Of a DNA stretch of 64,000 nt, positions 35,880-47,073 are shown piece after piece. The notes under the pieces were generated by a model. The model was not told the DNA's origin and ran no database searches. It saw only the letters and a program-made list of their open reading frames with translations. The stretch spans positions 186,001-250,000 of the forward strand of contig JABVCE010000005.1 in NCBI GenBank assembly GCA_014905635.1, written 5' to 3'. Source of the stretch: Scenedesmus sp. PABB004 (taxonomy: Eukaryota). Position 1 is the first letter of the stretch; every line of letters begins with the position of its first letter. The translations under genes and the position numbers were made by a program.

Positions 35880-36890
35880 ATGGGCGGCGGCGGCGGCGCG
35901 CTCGTGTGTGTGGGCGACCGCCTGGGCGCCGCCGACGAGTGGGCGCCGGGGCCGGGCACGTACGTGCGCGGCGGCGGCGTGTACGCGTCGATCGTGGGCG
36001 CGCAGGCGGCGACGCCCGGCGAGGGCGGGCGCCCGGTGCGTGCGGCGCGGCAGCAGTGCTGCGGCGACGCTGCTGCGCGCCCGCGGCCCGCCGACGCGCC
36101 GCCGCCGCCGCGCAGGGCGTGCTCGCGGTCGTCGCGCGCGGCGCGGCGCCGGTGGTGCCGGAGGCTGGCAGCATTGTCATCGCCAAGGTGCGCCGCCGCC
36201 GCCCCGCGCCGGGCTCGAAACGGTGCCGCCGCCGGCCTGAGCGCCCGGCCTGAGCGCCCGGCCTGAGCGCCCGGCCTGAGCGCCGCGCCGGTCGCGGTGC
36301 GGCCGCGCCCGCGCGCGCAGGTGACCAAGGTCAGCCCCACCGCGGCGCACGCGCGCATCGTGTGCTGCGGCGCGCAGGCGCTCGACGCGCACTTCACGGG
36401 CGTGGTGCGGCAGCAGGACGTGCGCGGGCACGAGGTCGACAAGGTGCGCCGCCAGCGCCGCCAGCGCCGCGGCAGGCACGCCGCCGCCGCGCGGCGCGCC
36501 GACCCGCGCGCCCGCCCGGCCCGCGCGCCGCGCCCAGGTGGTGATGGCCGACTGCTTCCGCCCGGGCGACACCGTGCGCGCGCGCGTGCTGAGCCTGGGC
36601 GACGCGCGCAGCTACTACCTCACAACGGCGGACAACGCGCTGGGCGTGGTGCACGCAAAGAGCCTCGCAGGCGCGCGCGGCGGCGGCGGCGGCGCCGCCG
36701 CGGCTCCCCCGCGCCCGCGCGCCCCCCGCGTCCCCGCGCCGACGCCGGCGCCGGCGCCGTGCCGCGCCGCCGCCGCGCGACGTCTGCTCCGACGCCCGCA
36801 GGCGCGGCGATGGTGCCGATCAGCTGGCAGGAGATGCAGTGCCCGCAGACAAAGCTGGTGGAGCGGCGCAAGGTCGCCAAGGTGGACTGA
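35880..36890 (+). CDS. CSL4: Exosome complex component CSL4 (EXOSC1); 5 exons
   Basis: [82 protein letters not shown]. Confidence 0.96.
36232..36283. repeat. Intronic tandem repeat, 13-bp unit x4
   Basis: ccggcctgagcgc repeated four times in CSL4 intron 2. Confidence 0.92.
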
Positions 36891-37221
36891 CTGACGTGGC
36901 CCGGGGCGGCGCGCCCGCCGCGGCGAGGCGTGGCACGCAGCAGCAGCGCTGGCGTGGCTGGCGCACCGGCTGGAGCGCGCTGTCGGGCGTCGCTTGGAGT
37001 GTGGGTTGCAGCTGCATTGCTGGCGGAGGGGCTGAGTCGCCTTGGTGCGCAGCTGACGCACGTGGCGGTGGAGTTCCTGGGCTGAGTGCGTTGCGGGACG
37101 CCGTGGCAACAGCGCCCGTCACACGGCCAGCGTGGCAGCTCAGCCCACCGCCGGCTGCGCAGCTGCAACTCCCAGCAGCCAAGACCTCGCCGCTCGCGCG
37201 CCACCAACTCTCTTGCACATG

Positions 37222-40066
37222 CTAGCGCCGCCGCGCGCCCTTGCTCGAGCCTGGTGCCTCCGCCGCCGCTGCGGCAGCCGCCTGGAGCCGCTTGCACACC
37301 GGCCGGTGCGCCGGCCACGCTGCTGTCTGGCAGTCCTTGCTGCAGAAGCGCGCGGCCTTGCAGCCCGCACAGCGCGAGCTCTTGCCGCGCACCAGCTCGA
37401 GCTCGCTCAGCCCCGCAAGGCTGCCGCACGCCGCGTGGTTGCAGCAGCACGCGAGCGGCACCGCCGCGCACACCGCGGCCGCAAACACCTGCGCCTGCGC
37501 CGCCAGCGCGGCGCCGGGCGCGGCGTCGCCGGCGTCCAGCGCGCCCGCCAGCGCGGCCTGCAGCTTCTGCTGCTTCGCCAGCAGCCGCTCGTGCGCGGCG
37601 CCCGTGCACGCCTCGAGCTGCACCAGGCGCAGCCGCTCGCCCAGCAACTGCACGACCTCCTGCTGCTGCACCAGCGCGTCCAGAACGTCGCCTGCCGGCG
37701 GCGGCCCAGCGCTGGCCGCCGCCAGGTGCCTGTCCAGCAGGCTTGCCATGGCCGCCAGGCAGCGCGCCGCAAGCACGAGCCACAGACCGGGGCCCTGCTC
37801 GGCCGGGCCGGCGGCAGGCGTGCGGCCCGCCGCGCCGCGCCGCGCCGTGGCTGCCGTGGCGGCCGCCGCGACGGCCCTGCCCTGCTGAGCAACCTCAGCA
37901 AGGCCACCGTGGCGCGCAAGGCGTGGGATGATCTCCGCCGCGGCGAAAGCCTTCACGCCCGCCAGCATCGCGCAGAACAGCTGGCCCTGCAGCTGGCCGC
38001 CCCCACCCGGCGCTGGAGCGGCCCCGCTGCGGCTGCTGCCGGCCCTGCCGCGGCCGCTGCTGACCCCGCTGCGGCTGCCGCCGCCGTCGGCTGCCGCGAA
38101 CAGCGCAGGCAGGTCTGAAGCCTGGACGATCTGCGCTGTCCACATGAGAACAGCAGGTATATTGCCTCGCTCCTCTGGGGCCTGGCGGCCCAGGGAGCGC
38201 ACGACCGCCTCCAGCGCCTGCGCGCGACGGCGCCCGGCGCCTGGCTGAAGCAGTCCGCCACAGTCGCGCCGAGCCCTGCGCGGCGGCGGCCAGGCACGTG
38301 GGCGCGAACCGCCAGGCTGCGCCTGCCCTGTGAGAGAGCCACCCGCGTGCCTGCTCACCGATGCGGGGCTCCAGGAGGATCAGCGCCTCGCAGGTGCACC
38401 AGACAGTCCCGGCCTTGAGCTGGGCACTGATGCTGTCGCCGTCAGGCGCCGACAGCAGTGCCGGCAGGACGCGCTGCACCAGCTCGGCGGCCAGCGCGCG
38501 CGCGCCCGCCGCCGCGCTGGCGGCTAGCTCCACACCGCCATCGCTCTGGCACCGCCGCACCAGCAGCTGCGCGCAAACCTGCAGGCCCTGCACAGACAAA
38601 CAGGCCGGGACGAAGGTATCTTGCTTGCTCAGGAAGAGTCCAGCCAGCTCCGCCAGCACCAGGCTCACCAAGCTGACGCCCGCGGCGGTCGCCTCGCGCA
38701 GCGCCGCGCTGCCGTCGCCGCCGGTGGCAGCGGCGGCCTCGGCGAGCGCGGGCGTGAAGCGCAGCGGGTGCTGCTGCAGGATGTGCAGAAATGCGAGGAT
38801 GGCTGCGCCGGCCTGGGCGCACTCCGCCTCGGGCATGCCCCCTCCCCAACTGCTGTCGGGCGTGAACCAGCTGCCATCGCCCATGCCCAGGGTGGCCAGC
38901 AGCGCCAGGTGGTGGCCCGGCACAACCGCCAGCGGCTCGGCCGCGCCGCCGTGGTGAGCGTGCAGCTGGCAGGCAACCAGCGCCAGGCCGGCCACCAGCA
39001 GCTGCTGCACCGCCGGCGACGCCAGTGAGCGCTCGGCCGCGGGCTCGCTGAGAGCTGGCAGGCAGTCATTGACCCATCGAACCCCGAGCTCAGAGGCGCG
39101 CATCAGCATGTCGCGGCGCCACTCCACCAGCCGGCCGCTGCGCCACTCCAGCACACTGCCAAACAGTGCACGCGAGTCGCTCGAGGCGGAGCCGCGCGGA
39201 CCGCCGGGACCCCGAGCGCGGCGCGGCGGTGCCGCCCACGCCGGCGCCGAGCGCAGAATGGCGCACGCCAGCTGCGCCGCGGGCTCCAGCACCGCAAGCG
39301 CCTGCGCCGCGGCGGCTGTCGTCGCTGGCGAGAAGAGGCTGGGGGCGCCCCGGGTCTGTGTGCCGCAGGCAGCGAGAGCCGTGTTGGCGGACGTGATGAG
39401 CACGTCTGCCAGTGCGAGGTGGAAGCCCCCATCCATGCGCGGCCCCGCCGCCTGCCAGTCGCGCTCCTCGGCCTCGAACACGGCCACGTGAGCGGCGCAG
39501 CTCGCCTCCAGCACGGGCAGCAGGCCTGCAGGCGGGCAGGCAGGCAGGCGGGCGGAGCGCGCGTCAGCTGCCAGCCCATGGGGCGGGCAGGCGCTGGCCG
39601 ACCAACGCGCGCGGCCGGGCAGGGAACGCCTCGGCGCGGCAGCCGCCAGCGCCCGCGACTCACCCGCGTCCACCAGCTCCGAGAACGCGGTGCGCTGGGG
39701 GGCCTGACCACTGGGCCAGCGCTCGACGCTCAGCACCAGGATCACAACAACGCGGCACAGGTTCAGGCAGGCTGCCTCCAGCTGCACGGCCGGGAAGTCG
39801 GCAGGGCGCGCCTCCACCAGCGCCAGGCCGTGCACGACCGCGCGCGCCGCCCACCACACCAGGCGGCGGTCGTGGAACAGCGGCAGCAGCTCGGCGTCGG
39901 GCGTGCCGTCTATGCTGTCAACCCACGCGGCACGCTCCAAGCCCTCCAGGTCTGCCAGCTCGCTCAAGCTGCGCGCCAGGCAGCAGCGCTGCACCGCCTC
40001 CAGCAGCACCGCCGGCACGCCGCCGTTGGCCGCCGCACGCACCGGCGGCATGGCGACGCTGCTCAT
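37222..40066 (-). CDS. Large protein with C-terminal MYND zinc finger (lineage-expanded chlorophyte family); about 3 coding exons
   Basis: CCNHAACGSLAGLSELELV..RCAGCKAARFCSKDCQTAAWPAHRPVCKRL at the C-terminus. Long coding-like exons upstream. Confidence 0.85.
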
Positions 40067-41260
40067 ACTGCTGCCGCCCAGCAGGCTCGGCCCTGCGGGC
40101 GGCGGCGGCGCGGCACGGCGTGGCGGGCTTGGCGCGTGGGCGGCGAGCAGCGTACGCAGCGCGCGGCAGCTGCCAGCCGGCTGCGCCAGCGAGGCGCGAC
40201 CGGGACGGCCCCCAACGCCGCGGCACGCGAGCACACGCACCACCAGGCGGCCGCCAGCGGTCTCGCGCGTTGGCGGGCAGCAGCGTGGCCGCGGCGCCGG
40301 CGCGGCGTGCTGCACCGCCGGCGCGGCGTGCTGTCGGCGGGCGGTGCGGAGCGGCCGGACGCGCCCAGGCGCTGCCCCCGGGGGCGCGGGAGGCTGCGTG
40401 CGGCGCGGCGCGCTCTGGTCGCGCGGCCGCTGCTGCGTCGCGGAGCGGGCGCCGGCCGCCACGCGGCGGCGTGGCGTGCTCAGTGACTGTGGGGCCCGGC
40501 AACCGCAGGGCTGGCACCGCTCGCGCCGCTGAACCGCCCTCAAGCCGCGCGCCGTTGCACCGCCGCGCCGCCGCCCGCGCGCGCGGGCGGCCGCGAGCGG
40601 CGCGCACACGCGCAGAGGCTCTCGCGCGGCGCGGCGGCACGCTGCTCACTCACGGCACGCGCCCCTCGCACGCCGGCGCGCCTGAGCTGCCAGCCAGCGG
40701 CGCGGGGGGAGCTCAGCAGTCGTCGTCGCCGGGCTCGTCGTCCGCGCGCGCCGACGCGACCACCGCCTGCTGGCGCCACGCTGCCGCCGCGCACGCCGGC
40801 TGCGGACCAGTCGGTGGGCACGCGCAATCGCTCAAACCGCGTCGTTGATGCCGTTGGGCTGTCGCGCTGCGCTGCCGACGCGCGGCCGTGTGACGGGCGC
40901 AGTTGCACAGCAACGCCCACATGCGCCACTCATGCGCGGTGCCGGCGCAGTCCACGCGAGACGCGCACACCCGACACGCCGCCGCCCGGAGCCAGCAGGC
41001 AGCGGCGGCGAGGCGCCTGTCAGCACGGCCGCGCCGGCGCGAGGCTGAGAGCAAAAAACAAATCCACGCAGACCTGGTCTGACCGCACATCGCAGTGCGG
41101 CGCCCATCGATGCATCCTGCCTAGCCTGCCTGCCTGCGTGGGTGTCAAAGCTCCTCCTGCCCGCCACTTGCGTACCATCCCCCCTTTCCTCCTTCAGCCC
41201 CGCCCATCCCGGCCCACCATCAAACACTCGGGCGTCCGCTGCCGGCCGAGGCCCGGCGCG

Positions 41261-44200
41261 TCAGACGACCGCAGTCAGGTCGCCGTACCCCTGCGCCGCC
41301 GCCTCGTGCGCTGCGCCGCCCGCCGGCCCGCCGCCCTCGCGCGCGCTGCCGTCGCCGCCGCCGCCCTCGCGCGCGCCGCCGCCAGCAACACTGCCGCCGC
41401 CCGACACGCCGCCGCCGCCGCCGTCGGCGAGCACCAGGTGCCGGCTGACTGCCCGGATGACGCTCTGGTAGAGCTCCGGGCTCGCGCAGCGCAGGCTGCG
41501 GTGCAGCGGCAGCCGCAGCAGCACCGGCGCCGCGCCGCGCTCGGCGCCGCGCCGCGCGCCGCCGGCGGCGCCAGCGCCGGCGCCGCCGCCGCCAACACCG
41601 CCGCCAGGCGGCGGCGCGCCGCGCCGCGGCGGCAGGCGCGGGAGCGCGAGCTGGCTGTGGTACTCCAGGATGATGCGCAGGCTGTCCTCCGCGCCGCGCA
41701 CGTGGTCGACGCGGGCGCACGGCAGCAGCCAGCGCAGCGTGTAGGTCGCGCCGCCCGCGGCCGCGCCGCGCGTGGGCAGCGCGGCGCGCAGGTACACGAC
41801 CGCGCGCCGCGTGAGCAGCAGCAGCCGGCAGCTGCGCGTCGCGAGGACCTCGACCACGGTGTCACCCGCGAGCGGCTCGCCGAGGCCGGGCAGGCGCGCC
41901 TGCCAGCTCGCGACGAGCGCGGCGCGCAGCGCGCCGCCGCCGCCGAGCGCGGCGACGACGAGCGCGCCCTCGGGGCCGGGGCCCGCGCTCGGGGGCGGCG
42001 GGCCCTCCGGCACGCCGCCCGGCGCGCGCACGCGGCGCACGAGCTTGCCCTGGATGCCGCGCCGGCCGAGGCAGAGCAGGCCCGCGCCGCGCAGCGCCTT
42101 GCTCGCGCCGTCGACGGCGCCCATGACGGGGCGCACGAGCAGCCCGCCGCCGCCCTTGACCAGGCCGACCGCGAGGCCCGCCAGCCCGAGCGCGCCGGGC
42201 AGGCGCAGCCCCGCGGCGGGGTCGAGCAGCAGCCCCGCGACGCCCGACGCGGCGCCGAGGTAGAGCTCCGCCGCGGCCTGGCTGAACGCCTCGCCCGCGG
42301 TGTCGGGCATGCGCACGTAGCGCTGCAGCGCGGCGTGGTCGCTCAGCGGGCCGCCGCGCTCGACGGGGACGAGCGCGAGGCTCGCGAGCACGAAGCGGCT
42401 CGTCACGCCGACGAGCTGGCTCAGCAGCGTGAGCGCGACGTGCCCGACCGCAAACGGCAGGCTCCAGGGGTTGCGCCGCGCGACGATCATCTCCAGGCCC
42501 AGGTCGATCATGCTCACGCCCGCCCACAGGATGCTGGCGGGGATCTGGGTAAGCCCAGGGCCGACGCCGCCGAGGACCTTGCGGCTCTGCGCGACCGCGG
42601 CCCAGCGGTAGTGCCGCGCGAGCGCCGCGGCGAGGCCGACCGCGTTGAGCAGGCGGTGCTCGAGGCCAAAGCCCCCGAGCGTGAGCCCCACGTCGCTGAC
42701 GTTGATGAGCTGCAGCCCGCTGTCGCCGCTCAGGCGGTTGACCATGCCCTTGACCAGCAGGCGCTGCATGTCGTCAAGCATGCCGCCGGCCCCGCCGCCG
42801 CCGCCGACGCCGCCCCATGCGCCGCTGCCGCCGCTGCCGCTGCCGCCGCCGTTGCCGCCGGCGCCGCTGCCGCGCTGCGCGGCGGCGTCCTCGGCGCCGC
42901 CGGGCGCCGCGCCGGCGCCCGCGAGCGCGCCCGCGCCGGCGGTGCGGAAGCTGCTGGTGAGCGCGATGGTGACGTTGACGCAGATCGCGCTGACGGTGAG
43001 CCGCTCCAGGTAGTACCAGGTGCTGCTCTGCCCGCGCATGCTGCTCAGCTCGGCGTCGTGCTTCTCCGGCAGCCACGCGAGCACCAGCCCGCTCGCGAGC
43101 ACGCACCGCTTGGCCGCCGCCGCGCGGCGGCCGGCCTTGGCCGCGGCGGCGGACGCCGCCGACGCGCCCGGCGGCGCGAGGCCCGGCGCCGCGGCGCCGC
43201 CGCCCGCCGCCTGCAGGTGCTGCAGCCAGGCGGCGCCGCCGCCGGAGCGGGCGCCGGCGTCGCCCGCGGCGAGCGGGTGCTCCGCGCCGAGGCCCGCCAG
43301 CGCCCGCGGCGCGGGCGAAGCGCGCTGCCCGGGCGCGGCCGCGCCGCGCGCTGCCAGCGCGCCGCCCGCCGGCGGCAGCGCCGGCGCGCCGCCGTCGCCG
43401 TCGCTGCCGCCGGCCGCGGTGGCGCCCTGCAGCATCGCGACGTGCCGCTGCCACGCCGCGTCCTGCCAGAGGTCCGGCAGCGGCAGGCTCTGCAGGAAGA
43501 CGTACACAGCCTCCAGGAAGGCCTGCGCGCGGCGCGAATGGGCAGCGGCGGCAGCGTGACGCGCGTGGGCGGGTGTGCGATGGCGGCGTGCGACGGCGTG
43601 CGCGCGACGGCGGGCCACCGCGCGCGCAGAACCGCGCCGCCGCCGCAGCCGCACCTGGTCGGTCTTGAGGTCCAGCGCGCCCACGAGCAGCTCCACCTTG
43701 CGGAACGACATGATCGCCGCCTTGCTCACCGCCGACTGGCTCGCCGCGCCGCCGCCCTCGTCGCTGCTGGCGGCACCGCCGACGAGCGCGCCGCCGCGCG
43801 CGCCGGCGGCCGGCGAGCCCGGCGCCGCGCGCCCGGCGGACGCCGCCGGCTCCTGCACGCCCGCGCCGGCGCCGGCCAGGGGCTTGGTGAGCGTCTGGCA
43901 CACGCTCAGGCGGATGAGCGGCACCCGCCGGCCGGCGGCGCCGCCGGCCTGCGCCAGCTGGCGGCCGCCGGCCGCGGCGCCGCCCGCCGCGAGCGCCGCC
44001 GCGCAGGGCGCCGCGGGGCGCGCCGTGGCCGCGGCCATGGCCTGGCCGGGGGCGTCCATGTCCTCCAGCGTCTTGTCCGTGGCGAGGCTGATGGCGCGGG
44101 GGTCGCGCTCCGCCACGTTCGCCATGTCCTGCGGCGCGGCGCGGCGCGGCGCGCAGGCGGCGGCGGCGGCGGCGGCGGCGGCTCAGCGGGGTGTGGCTCG

Positions 44201-44532
44201 CGGCGGCGCGGGCGCGCGCGTGCGCACTCGCACGCGCGCACCTCGGCGAGGCCCGCGGGCGAGAGCACCACGGGGTGCCGCGTCTCGAGAAGCTGGTTGT
44301 CCAGCTGCACGCTCGACACCGCGAGGCTGAGCTGGCGCTCGCGGCTGCTGTTGAGCGCGGCGCACTGCACCGCGCCGACGGTGAGGTGCAGCAGCTCGTC
44401 GCCGCCGTTGGTCCGCGCGTTGAGGGACAGGCCCGCCAGGTTGAGCTGCAGCGCGGCGGTCGTGTCGTGCGTCGCCGGCTTGACGACGCGCAGGCGCAGC
44501 AGCACCGCGAGCTGGCGCGCCGCCGGCGCAAA

Positions 44533-44566
<34 letters not shown>

Positions 44567-47034
44567 CGCCCGGGGCGCCCGGGGCGCGCGCCGAGCTGCT
44601 CGCGCGCCGCGGCGAGGCCGTGCGGCGCCCAGGGCGCGGCGCTCTGCAGCTTGGCGAGCCGGCCGCGGCCGCGGCTCGGCGGCGGCGCGAGGGGCAGCCA
44701 CATGTAAACCGGCCCGCCGCCGCCCGTGGGCACCGCCGCGGCGGGCAGCGACGCCGCGCCCAGCAGGCGCGCGTCGAGCGCGGAGCGGCGGTCATAGACC
44801 ATGACGCGCAGCATGCTGCGCAGGCCGACGTGGCGGAAGCGCATCACGTTGGGCGCAAACACGGGGTTCAGGCTGTGCATGCCCGACGCAACCTGGCGCG
44901 TGCGGGTGCGCAGGGCGCGGGCGGGGCGGGCGGGGCGGGCGACGGGCGGGTCGGTGGCGCGGAGCGTGCCACGCCGCCTCGGCCGCCCGGTGCGTGGCGC
45001 GCACCTCGACGCCCGCGTCGCGGGGGCCGCCGGGGCCGCAGAAGACGTAGGCTACCGGCAGCGGCAGGTCGGCGCGCTTGACGACCTCGGACAGCAGCAG
45101 CCCCTCGCCGCCCGCGCCGCGCGCGCTGCCCGCGGCCGCGGAGCTGAGCAGCGCGGTCGTGAGGTCCTGGCTCCAGCCGCCGCGCGGGCTGAGCCCCGCC
45201 ACCTCAACGACGCCCGCCTCGAGCATGACGACGCTGCTGTCCGCGAGCCCCAGGTCCAGGCCCGCAAACACGCTCGGGCAGGCCACGATCGACGGCCGCG
45301 TCGCGCCGGCGCCGGCGCAGCCCGCCGCGGGGCCGGCGTCGCCGCCGGCCGACTCCTCGCTCGCAAGGCTGCCGTCGTCCTCGTCCTCCAGCGGCACCTG
45401 CCGGCAGCACTGCTCGGCCGGCGCGGCGCCCGTGGCGGGGGAGCCGCCGGAGGCCGCGGCGCCGGCCTCGGGTGCCGCCTCCGCCGCCGCCGCCGCCGCC
45501 GCGTCCGCCACGCCCGCGCCAGCGGCACCGCCGGCGCCGGGCGGCGCGAGGCCCATGAGCCGCGCGACGCGCGCGGGGCCGAGCGGCTGCAGCCGCGCGA
45601 GCACCTCCTGCCGCGCGGCCAGCAGGCGCTCGAGCTCGGACAGCTCGCACGCGAGCAGCGTCTCGCGCGTGAAGCTCCAGCTGAACCCCAGCTGCACCGC
45701 GCCCGTCACGGCCTGGTCGCCCGTGCGGCGCAGCAGGCTGTACCAGCGCGGCGCGCCGCCGCCCGTGGCGGTGCCGGGCAGCGTGTGCAGCAGCGGGACC
45801 TGCGGCAGCGGGGGCGCACGGCGCGGCTTAGCGCCGGCGGCTGCGCCAGCGGGGGCGGCGGGGGCAGCCCCAGCGCGCCGCCGCTCACGTTGACGGCGCC
45901 CAGGAACACGCTGCCGCTCGGCAGGCTGCCCAGTGCCGGGGTGCCCGCGCCCGGCGCGCCGTCCGGGCGGCGCGCGCCGGCGTCCTGCCGCGCGGCGGCA
46001 CCGCCGGCGCCGCGGCCGCCCGCGCCGGCGCCCGCCTGCTTGCCCTTGGCGCCGCTGCGGGGCTTCCCCGCGCGGCGGCCAGAGAACATGCTGGGGTTGG
46101 GCAGGCCCCACACCTCCACGACGAGCTCCGCCAGCGCCGTGACCTGCAGGGCCGCGCGCGTGCCGCGGGCGTGCGTGGTCGGACGTGCGCGGCGTGCGGG
46201 CGGGCAGCAGCCGCCGCGACGGCGACACAGGTGCAGGGGCGACACGGGCGCGGGCGCGGCAGGCGCACCTCCTCGAGCGCCTCCTCGTGATCCCACACCA
46301 CCTCCTGGTCGCGCAGCCGCGCGACCACGCCCGTCAGCGCGGCGCTGCGCCCCGGCACGACCAGGCGCGCCTGGCAGCCGCTCACGCGGTCCGCCACGCC
46401 CACAGGGCGCAGCTCGCGCGCCGACAGCAGCTTGACCTGCAGCGGCGCGGCGGCGGCGGCGCGCGTGCGCTCGGCGACGGCGCCGCCCCCTTCTGCCGAG
46501 AGGCGCGCCCCAGCGCCGCCCCGCACCTTGCAGTTGCCGCCGAGGGGCAGGCCACTGTCCAGCAGCAGCGTGAGCTTGTCATAATACAGCCGCAGCCCGC
46601 CCTCGGGGCCCTCCGCGCCCAGTAGGCCGCCAGACACGCGCACGCCCGCGCCAGCTGCGGCCGCGGCGCCCGCGAGCGCGCGCCCGCTGACGGCGCTCGC
46701 CGCGGCGGCAGGGCCGCCCGACGGGGGCGCCGCTGCGCCCCGGCTGCTCGAGCCCGCGGCGCCCAGTGGGCTGGGGCCGCTGCGCTCCGCCGCCAGCATG
46801 CTCGCGCCGCCCGCGGTGCTGCGGCTGGCGCCGCGCAGGTCGGCCTCGGACGCCAGCCGTGCGTGGTCGTCGGCGCTGGTCGGCAGCAGCCCCGCCGGCA
46901 GCTGTGCCGCGAGGCCGCGCTGCTGCAGGAGCGCCACCGCCGCGGTGGTGGTCCCGCTGGTCGCCCAGCCGGACGCGGCGCCGTGCAGGGCGAGCGGCGC
47001 CGTGCCGGCCCCCGCGCCGCCGTGGCCGCTCCCG

Positions 47035-47073
<39 letters not shown>

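Noticed and set aside
40713..41090. 125-aa minus-strand ORF between VPS13 and the MYND gene
   Set aside because: No recognisable motif and a non-ATG start. Probably UTR or intergenic sequence.
40814..44707. Very long ORFs in the track (1297 aa here, 1151 aa at 48893-52348, and many 300-800 aa Arg/Ala/Pro-rich frames)
   Set aside because: These are antisense or off-frame shadows of real genes. Stop codons are rare at this GC content.
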